This document shows positions 57,280 through 64,000 of a stretch of 64,000 bases of DNA, piece by piece. Each line of letters opens with the position of its first letter. Position 1 is the first letter of the stretch. The stretch lies in NCBI GenBank assembly GCA_965205975.1, contig OZ242195.1, positions 2,944,001-3,008,000 of the forward strand, given 5' to 3'. The notes beneath the pieces were generated by a model. That model ran no database searches and was not told the DNA's origin. It was given only the letters and a program-made list of their open reading frames with translations. Position numbers and translations under genes: made by a program. The DNA is from Candidatus Latescibacterota bacterium. Lineage in GTDB: Bacteria > Latescibacterota > UBA2968.

Positions 57280-58713
57280 TCAAAGCGTCCCATGCCCTAG
57301 ATGCTCATCAAGAGCGGCGCTCAGCCGCTGAAAGACCTGGGGAAATTCAGCGGCGACATCGTCCCTCTCATTGCGCTGCAGATCGAACAGCAACTGGGGA
57401 CGCTCGCGCTGAAGGCACTCCGTCTCATCGGACGGCACATGCATCGGTTCGAAGACATCGCCCCCGATGCGCTTTGCCGGATCATAGCCGCGAACCAGTT
57501 TGAAACGCCCATCGAAAACCATGCGCCAGGCACTCAGGCCAGAAAATACCAGATCTCGATGCCTGCGTGCGCGGGCACCGAGATAATCGACGAGAGAACG
57601 ACTGTCGAGATCATCACCGGGATCCAAACCGCCCCACTCGAGGAAACTGGCGGTCAGATCCAGCGTCGTCATCGGCGCGTCGTCGCGTCCAAAAGCCGCC
57701 ACACCCGGCCCAGCGATCACCAGCGGAACCCCCACCGACGCCTGCAGAGGCGACAACTTCTGCCACTGGTCGTAATCGCCGAGCATCTCGCCATGGTCGC
57801 TGGTAAACACAATGATTGTGTTGTCGAGATCACCCCGCGCACGCACACGCGCGACAAGACGCCCGAGGCAAGAATCGAGATGTTCGACAGTAGCCGCCCA
57901 GTTGCGACGCACCTCCTGGTGCGTCTCGGGCGCAATATCCTCTGTATTGAACACGGGAAGAGGAAACTCGACGGACGGCTCGCGGTACCATCGGTGCATC
58001 GCCTCGGTAATGTCCCACGGATGATGGGGATTCTGCAGATTCACCTCCAAATACCACGGCCTGTCGTCGGGCGCCCGATCCAGAAGGGTGAGCGCATTGT
58101 TGGTGATCCAGGTGTCGAAGTACGCATCGTCGGGAAGTATCGTCGGGAAAGTAGCTGTCCACACACCCTCCCGGCTTCGGCGCGCGTAATCGGCAATATG
58201 ATCCTCTGCCAGGCCGCGCGCGTGCAAAAACGCCATGTACGCATCCTGAGGCACCATTTCGTTGTTGCGCATCAAAATGGTCGCCTGATTCAGTCCAGCA
58301 TTGAAAATGGCGTCAGAAAATCCCCATGCCTCCATGCCCTGGCACCCATCCACACCACAGTGGAGCGCAGGTGGACTCCCCGATTGGTTATTGCCCACAT
58401 GGTGTTTGCCTGCGCCCATAACATAGTATCCGGCCTCATCGCGCAGGCGCAGATGGTACTTGAGCATATTATCGGGCGCATAAGTATTGTTACCCCACAC
58501 GCGCGTACGATCGTATTCCTGCCCGGCCACCAGGCAGGCGCGCGACGGGGCGCAAACGGGCGACGGACAGATGGCGTTGGCAAGCCAGACGCCGCGCTCG
58601 GCGAGTTGCCGCAAATGCGGCGTGCGCACCGGAATATCGGGGTTCATCTCGACCCACTCCGGCCGCTGCTGATCCGTTTGGACAAAAAGTATGTTGGGGC
58701 ATCGATCCGGCAT
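57280..58713 (-). CDS. Sulfatase
   Basis: PNILFVQTDQQR, CAPSRA, NPHHPW, SDHGEMLG. Confidence 0.92.
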   Translation of the reverse strand: MPDRCPNILFVQTDQQRPEWVEMNPDIPVRTPHLRQLAERGVWLANAICPSPVCAPSRACLVAGQEYDRTRVWGNNTYAPDNMLKYHLRLRDEAGYYVMGAGKHHVGNNQSGSPPALHCGVDGCQGMEAWGFSDAIFNAGLNQATILMRNNEMVPQDAYMAFLHARGLAEDHIADYARRSREGVWTATFPTILPDDAYFDTWITNNALTLLDRAPDDRPWYLEVNLQNPHHPWDITEAMHRWYREPSVEFPLPVFNTEDIAPETHQEVRRNWAATVEHLDSCLGRLVARVRARGDLDNTIIVFTSDHGEMLGDYDQWQKLSPLQASVGVPLVIAGPGVAAFGRDDAPMTTLDLTASFLEWGGLDPGDDLDSRSLVDYLGARARRHRDLVFSGLSAWRMVFDGRFKLVRGYDPAKRIGGDVFEPMHVPSDETECLQRERPQLLFDLQRNERDDVAAEFPQVFQRLSAALDEHLGHGTL

Positions 58714-58732
58714 ACGCGTTCACCATTTCTTT

Positions 58733-58909
58733 TTATAATAACGCATCTTCACCAAACGTCTCAACATGAAACCGAATGGCAGATTTTACATCCGCCAAAG
58801 CCTCTTCATAAGTATCCCCCTGCCCAACGACGACCCCCTTCAATCCGAGCGGATATCCCACATAACCATCGGCATATCTCTCAACGATAATTCTAAAATT
58901 TCTCACCAT
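58733..58909 (-). CDS. Short HicB-family antitoxin, 58 aa; absent from the ORF track
   Basis: Hand translation MVRNFRIIVERYADGYVGYPLGLKGVVVGQGDTYEEALADVKSAIRFHVETFGEDALL; AAGGA RBS. Confidence 0.8.
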   Translation of the reverse strand: MVRNFRIIVERYADGYVGYPLGLKGVVVGQGDTYEEALADVKSAIRFHVETFGEDALL

Positions 58910-59003
58910 ATTTCCTTTTTAGAGCTTGAAGTGCTTCGAGCTTTATTAATCAAGTATCTCGATGATCCCTTATGGTTCTTTATCTTCACACAACCTGTAA
59001 CTT

Positions 59004-59909
59004 CTAATTAAAACCCGGATATATGCCGCCTTTTCTGGGACTGTAAGGCAAAAATCGGGGATCATAATAAACCAAAGGCATTTTATTGTGAACATCGGTC
59101 TTAATCACTGCTGTTTTACCAGAATCTCCAGTTGTATTGCTTATAGCGAAATCATCCTCTCCAATATAACCTACTTTGATTTCCCACAGCCAGGCTGTGT
59201 TTCCTCTATTTTCTTTTCCTCTAATAAAATTACCCTCACGATCTCCCAAGACATATCTAAAGGTTATGTACACACCGGCCTTAGGCAAATGTCCCTTGGG
59301 CTTGTTACTTTCCAAAGCCATTTTCAATTCTACATCTACGGCGGGTGCTTTGAGTGGCAATAAATCAGGGTACGCATGAGGTCGATTACGCCTGTATAGG
59401 CCCTCTGATGATTTTGCTATACCACTTCCAAGCAAATTTCCCAACATAGATGAAAAATTTGCGAGTTCGACTAATTCTGTGACCACAGGAGATTGAGAGG
59501 ATATTAATTTTCGGTCAATAGTATCTAATACGCCATAAGCATACTCAACTGCATCAAGTAACACAATGCCCTCAATACCCATTAATTCTAACAGGGTTTG
59601 TTCATTTCTAATATTTAATCTATTAGGCTTTCGCGGCTTTAGAAATTCAGAATATTTAGAATTTTCCTCTAATGAAATCAACTCAGCCATTTGCACCAAA
59701 TCCGATAGTGAAAATCCCAGAGCATGGGCAATTTGATTAGCCACTTGAATGGTGGGTACACGCTCGCGTCGTTCTAATAGCCCCACCATTGTTCTATGGA
59801 TACCTGCTTGTTCGGCTAATTGTTCAAGTGTCAACTGCTGTTCTATGCGAACAGCTTTTATTATAGCAAGAAAATTTTGGATAACTGAATCCAATTGATT
59901 TTGCTCCAT
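59004..59909 (-). CDS. XRE/C-protein-like HTH fused to a putative PD-(D/E)xK restriction endonuclease
   Basis: N-terminal LTLEQLAEQAGIHRTMVGLLERRER.PT; C-terminal YPDLL...VELK; divergent from a C5 methyltransferase; AT-rich. Confidence 0.75.
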   Translation of the reverse strand: MEQNQLDSVIQNFLAIIKAVRIEQQLTLEQLAEQAGIHRTMVGLLERRERVPTIQVANQIAHALGFSLSDLVQMAELISLEENSKYSEFLKPRKPNRLNIRNEQTLLELMGIEGIVLLDAVEYAYGVLDTIDRKLISSQSPVVTELVELANFSSMLGNLLGSGIAKSSEGLYRRNRPHAYPDLLPLKAPAVDVELKMALESNKPKGHLPKAGVYITFRYVLGDREGNFIRGKENRGNTAWLWEIKVGYIGEDDFAISNTTGDSGKTAVIKTDVHNKMPLVYYDPRFLPYSPRKGGIYPGFN

Positions 59910-59965
59910 TCAACAACCCCTTAGATGATGTATAAAAAGTATCAGGATGTGAGCAATAAAAAACC

Positions 59966-59997
59966 TTGACAGCTTTTAAAAAAGAGACTATAGTCTC
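59966..59997 (+). promoter_or_regulatory. Sigma-70 promoter of the methyltransferase with a palindrome over the -10 box
   Basis: TTGACA (59966-59971), 17 nt, TATAGT (59989-59994); perfect palindrome GAGACTATAGTCTC (59984-59997). Confidence 0.8.
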
Positions 59998-60031
59998 CAC
60001 CGAGTACTAACCTTTCTCAGGGGATCTAATT

Positions 60032-61186
60032 ATGAAGCAAGCCAAAATTTTCGATCTTTTTTGCGGCACAGGTGGTTTTTCAAAAGGTTTTGAAAAGGTT
60101 GCCGATATTCAATATCAAACTGTTTTGGGTGTAGATTTATTACCTATTGCTGTTGAAACTTTTTGTTTTAACCACCAGGAAGCCTTTGGGATATGCAAAG
60201 ATATACGAACCCTGAGAAAAACGGCAGTTTCTGACATGCTAAAAATTAAAAGGGGAGAATTGGACTTAATTATTGGTGGTCCTCCTTGTCAAGGATTCTC
60301 TTCTATAAGACCTTTTCGCTCGTGTCAAGAGGACGATCCAAGAAATTCACTATTTGAGGAATATGCTTCATTTGTAAACTTTTTTCGGCCTAAAGCATTT
60401 GTGTTAGAAAATGTTATCGGTTTGGCAACGCATAAAAAGGGTTCTACAATAGAAATGATGGAGGAATGTTTCTATAAAATTGGATATGAATCTGACTGGA
60501 AAATTCTCAATACTGCTCATTTTGGTATTCCTCAGAAACGAGAACGATTGATATTTATAGGCGTCGTCAAAGGAAATATGCCCAAATTTCCTGTACCAAA
60601 TTACCAATATAAAGGGGCGACTATCGGCCATAAAAAGAAATTCAGAATGCTTTTACCAAAGGAGCCTGATCTTTTTACAAAATCAGAATTGAACCCTGCA
60701 ATAACCGTTATGGACGCAATTGATGATTTGCCTCCCGTTGAATCTGGCGAGAAAGCCACAGTATATGTCAACAAACCAAGAACGGAATATCAGCAGGCAA
60801 GAAGGAATGGAACCAAAATATTAACACTTCATGAAGCGACCAATCATTCGGGAAAAATGCTCGAAATAATACATCACGCGGGCAAAAACATCAATTCTAT
60901 TCCCAAACATCTAATAAGTAGTGGGTTTAGTTCTTGTTATTCGAGATTGGATGCAAATGAGCCTGCGGTAACGATAACGGTCAATTTTGTTCATCCTGCA
61001 TCTAATAGATGTATCCATCCCCTACAAAACCGCGCTCTTACACCCAGAGAAGGCGCACGCCTACAATCCTTTGATGATGATTTCATGTTTGCAGGTACTC
61101 GCTCACAAATCGTCAAACAAATAGGAAATGCAGTTCCACCTCTGTTGGGACAGCGCATCGGAGAAGCATTAGCTCCCGTGTTTTAA
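60032..61186 (+). CDS. DNA (cytosine-5)-methyltransferase
   Basis: DLFCGTGG, GGPPCQGFS, ENV, PQKRER, REGARLQSF, QIGNAVPP. Confidence 0.96.
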   Translation: MKQAKIFDLFCGTGGFSKGFEKVADIQYQTVLGVDLLPIAVETFCFNHQEAFGICKDIRTLRKTAVSDMLKIKRGELDLIIGGPPCQGFSSIRPFRSCQEDDPRNSLFEEYASFVNFFRPKAFVLENVIGLATHKKGSTIEMMEECFYKIGYESDWKILNTAHFGIPQKRERLIFIGVVKGNMPKFPVPNYQYKGATIGHKKKFRMLLPKEPDLFTKSELNPAITVMDAIDDLPPVESGEKATVYVNKPRTEYQQARRNGTKILTLHEATNHSGKMLEIIHHAGKNINSIPKHLISSGFSSCYSRLDANEPAVTITVNFVHPASNRCIHPLQNRALTPREGARLQSFDDDFMFAGTRSQIVKQIGNAVPPLLGQRIGEALAPVF

Positions 61187-61220
61187 GCACCGACCATAGT
61201 ACAAACCAACCTGTTCTCCG

Positions 61221-62315
61221 CTATCCTAACTCTTTCAAAACTTCCCGCAACCGTCTCGCAACAATCACATCCTCCCCCTGCTCCATCATATAAGGCATCA
61301 CTTCCACACCATTTTCATGCGTAAACATCTCAATGCGCGGATCGCCATCTGACAACTGTTGCAGGACCTCCTCTGGCGCAATCGGCAAAACTGTCTGATC
61401 CCAGTGAACCTCCAGAATCGGCGCCACATTAGACCGCCCGGGGTCTCGAACCCGCGACGTCACCGACGGCAAATCCGCAACCGCACTGCCAATCGCCTGC
61501 AACCACTGCTCCCACTCCGCCCACTCGGCATCGTGATCGCGCTGCACCCACTTCTCCACCGCCGCCAGCAGCCCCATCACCTCCTCCTTACCCGCCTTCA
61601 TCGCTCGCCCCAGCGAATGATGTGGCGCGCCATTGATAAAAGCCGCCTGCAAAATATCCTTTCGCCCCAACACCAGCCCCGACGACTGGGGACCGCGCAA
61701 ACACTTGCCCCCGCTATAAGCCACAGCATCTGCACCCGCTTGCAAATACGCATTGGGCACATCTGGCCGCTCTGCCGCGGCATCCACAAATACCGGCACA
61801 CCCTTGCGATGACAAATCGCCACCACATCCTCAAGCGGAATATCGCTATGATCCGTTTGATCCCCAAAAAACGCAAACATCGCCGTGCGATCATCAATCG
61901 CTAAAGAAAGCGCATCGTGATCCTCCACCTCCACCATCTCCACCCCCGCCGCCCGAATCGCATGCGTATAAATATGCAAATGCCCAGGCTGATACAACAC
62001 CCGATTCTTCAACCCCCTTGTATCGGGCAATTGTTTGATCTTATCCGGATCATCACCCGCCACACACGCCGACGTCACCTGCGTCAGCGCCGCAGCGCAT
62101 CCATTTGTCACCAGCCCCCACTCGCACTGCATCAACGCGGCAATACGCGCCCCCACCGCATCCATCAACTCATCCAAATGCACATACGCCTTCGCCGCCT
62201 CCATCATCGCCTCGCATACCTCGGGCAACATCAGCGAACCGCTGATAATCGTATATGTCCCGCGACAGTTAATCAACGGCCGCACACCAATTGAACGATA
62301 AGTAGGAACAGTCAT
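61221..62315 (-). CDS. PLP-dependent SelA-like/DgaE-family enzyme
   Basis: LINCRGTYTIISGS, VDAAAE, YSGGK.LRGPQSSG, GRAMKAGKEE. Confidence 0.85.
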   Translation of the reverse strand: MTVPTYRSIGVRPLINCRGTYTIISGSLMLPEVCEAMMEAAKAYVHLDELMDAVGARIAALMQCEWGLVTNGCAAALTQVTSACVAGDDPDKIKQLPDTRGLKNRVLYQPGHLHIYTHAIRAAGVEMVEVEDHDALSLAIDDRTAMFAFFGDQTDHSDIPLEDVVAICHRKGVPVFVDAAAERPDVPNAYLQAGADAVAYSGGKCLRGPQSSGLVLGRKDILQAAFINGAPHHSLGRAMKAGKEEVMGLLAAVEKWVQRDHDAEWAEWEQWLQAIGSAVADLPSVTSRVRDPGRSNVAPILEVHWDQTVLPIAPEEVLQQLSDGDPRIEMFTHENGVEVMPYMMEQGEDVIVARRLREVLKELG

Positions 62316-62329
62316 AGTCGCCCTCCACA

Positions 62330-63739
62330 TCAGGCAAAATAGCGCGTGTACAAAATATAAATAGCCAGACCAATCATCAGCAAAAAACAGAACCACAACA
62401 GCAAATCCGTCTTCAAAGACGGTTTCAGGCGCTGATCGAGATGTCTATAGCGCAAATACAACGTCCCCCCGGCAATCAGAGGAAACTTAATCGCCCCAAA
62501 CAAATGCCCTATAGTCAGCATCCAAACCGGATTTTGAAAAAAGAAATACGCCAGAGAAGTCACCAGCGGGGAAACCACCGCCCAAACGCGCAAAATGCGA
62601 ACCCGAGTCTTGTAATCATTGCGCTCGATCAAACCCATCACAGACATCCCATCCGCAAAAATGCGCACACCACCGCCCAGACCGGATATCGCCGTTGAAT
62701 AAAGCACAAAAAAAGCACCCACCATAAACAACCAGAACGCCCATTCGCCAAGGGTCTGCGTGTACATATTGGAAAGCACGGGAATGGTCTCAAGACCATC
62801 GGGTTGTTTATTGAGCCGATACAACACACCCGCACCCAGCATATAAAATGGAATCGTCGCACAGGTCAGCAACCCCAGTGTCAAAAGCACATCGGTTTGC
62901 ATCACCCGAATCCATCCCCTCGCGCGCTGAACCCAGGCATTGGACGGATCTGCCGGTCCCGAAAAACGCGCATAGCCCTTTTCCACACACCAATACGTAT
63001 AGGCCATCTGTTCGCCCGACCCCACCCCGGTCCCCCCATACATCGCCAGCGCGGCCAACAGCGCAAAAACCGGAAAACCAAACGTCAGCCCACCGCGCAC
63101 CTCTTCCCAGGTAATCGCATATTCGGTCAACTGCAGCAAAACAGCACACGCGATCGTAATAAACGTAAAGAGCACCACCAGAACCGTCATCAGCCTCTCG
63201 AGAAACCGATACGTCCCCGTCAGAATAATCACAGACGCCGTACCAGCCAGAATAACCGTCCACCATTCCGAGCCAAGAGACGGCAGCGCCATGTGAATCG
63301 CCTGACCGGCCCCCCCGTAAATACCACCGCTGATCAACTGCCCGGGAATAATCCAGAGCAACCAGAAATAGATGTACCACGACACCTTCCGCCCGTTAAA
63401 CGCGGGCAACTTCCCGGGCAATCGGTTAAAAGCGTGCAAAAAAGGTTCGCCAGAAGCAACCGAAAAACGCGCGAGTTCCGCCTGAACAATATTCTTGCTC
63501 CAGCAACTCACCAGCACAAACCAGAGCATTGAAAATCCGACAATAGAGCCCAAATTCGTCGTCAAAATAATCTCACCAGACCCCACCACAGACCCCACCA
63601 AGATCAGCCCCGGACCGAGAAACTTCAGCGTACTGCGAAGTCCTTGTGGGGGGTCCTGAACCGCCCGTGGATCCAGCGCGTAGAGATCTGGATTTTCATC
63701 TTCTCCCGATGGTTGTACAGTTTTGGATTCTTCTGGCAT
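62330..63739 (-). CDS. Nramp-related transporter
   Basis: FLGPGLILVGSVVGSGEII, about 11 TM segments, YTYWCVEKGY. Confidence 0.8.
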   Translation of the reverse strand: MPEESKTVQPSGEDENPDLYALDPRAVQDPPQGLRSTLKFLGPGLILVGSVVGSGEIILTTNLGSIVGFSMLWFVLVSCWSKNIVQAELARFSVASGEPFLHAFNRLPGKLPAFNGRKVSWYIYFWLLWIIPGQLISGGIYGGAGQAIHMALPSLGSEWWTVILAGTASVIILTGTYRFLERLMTVLVVLFTFITIACAVLLQLTEYAITWEEVRGGLTFGFPVFALLAALAMYGGTGVGSGEQMAYTYWCVEKGYARFSGPADPSNAWVQRARGWIRVMQTDVLLTLGLLTCATIPFYMLGAGVLYRLNKQPDGLETIPVLSNMYTQTLGEWAFWLFMVGAFFVLYSTAISGLGGGVRIFADGMSVMGLIERNDYKTRVRILRVWAVVSPLVTSLAYFFFQNPVWMLTIGHLFGAIKFPLIAGGTLYLRYRHLDQRLKPSLKTDLLLWFCFLLMIGLAIYILYTRYFA

Positions 63740-63870
63740 ATACCCCCCTTGAAAACAAAAAGCCACCCGGTATGCACAGCGCATTTTCAGACAGTCCGGG
63801 CCATTGGCACCACTGGCATCGTGCTGTACGTGCGAATCTCGGGTGGTTATTTACGTGTCGTTTTGAGTAT

Positions 63871-63999
63871 TTAACGACGGCGACGCGACCTGCGGCCACC
63901 GCGGCCAGGGCGCCGGCCTCCGCCTCCTTGTGTACTCGGAGGAGGCGGTCCACCTGTTCCAGAATCGCGGAATGTAATGCGCCCCCGGTTCAGGTCATA
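63871..63999 (-). CDS. infA: 3' end of translation initiation factor IF-1 with a C-terminal extension (5' part lies outside the window)
   Basis: Hand translation YDLNRGRITFR-DSGTGGPPPPSTQGGGGRRPGRGGRRSRRRR*; YDLxRGRIxFR is the IF-1 C-terminal signature, but only 11 conserved residues are visible. Confidence 0.75.
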   Translation of the reverse strand, partial: YDLNRGRITFRDSGTGGPPPPSTQGGGGRRPGRGGRRSRRRR

Positions 64000-64000
64000 A

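Noticed and set aside
61221..62315. selA (selenocysteine synthase)
   Set aside because: Shorter than SelA with DgaE-like motifs, and no selB or selC nearby.

Overview
Bacterial chromosomal window with no rRNA, tRNA, CRISPR or transposase recognised. The gene mix (ankyrin and TPR proteins, two sulfatases, two PhyH dioxygenases, toxin-antitoxin and restriction-modification genes) resembles marine or sponge-associated lineages such as Latescibacterota or Poribacteria; this is inference only. From left to right: (1) an RND pump with a large hydrophobic insertion, plus TolC; (2) the most interesting locus (5.7-10.4 kb, minus strand), with a sigma-54 promoter and tandem enhancer-like sites, a MacB/FtsX-type permease, a frameshifted PqqD/RRE, an unannotated 37-aa peptide with a lasso-type leader (MYQTPSVKRLGRIEDLTG|WNWGGWLLDVDWYPHDCSC) and a GT4 glycosyltransferase, but no lasso cyclase, leader peptidase or radical SAM gene in the window; (3) DUF2227, M23 peptidase/bactofilin and hflX; (4) a ~20 kb co-oriented array of small accessory genes carrying deletion scars of an AAC(3), a RelE-type toxin and an amidohydrolase; (5) a glutamine-synthetase-family ligase; (6) a candidate polar-lipid headgroup synthesis/export cluster (IPCT/DIPPS-like fusion, flippase-like protein, TolC, MlaC, MMPL, GMC oxidoreductase); (7) a catabolic string including iolD; (8) an orphan HicB and an AT-rich restriction-modification island with an HTH-endonuclease fusion and a palindrome over the methyltransferase -10 box; (9) a PLP enzyme, an Nramp-like transporter and the 3' end of an infA with a Gly/Arg tail. 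Families of 7-, 8- and 9-nt-period repeats sit at gene ends. All calls are by eye from motifs; no database searches were run.
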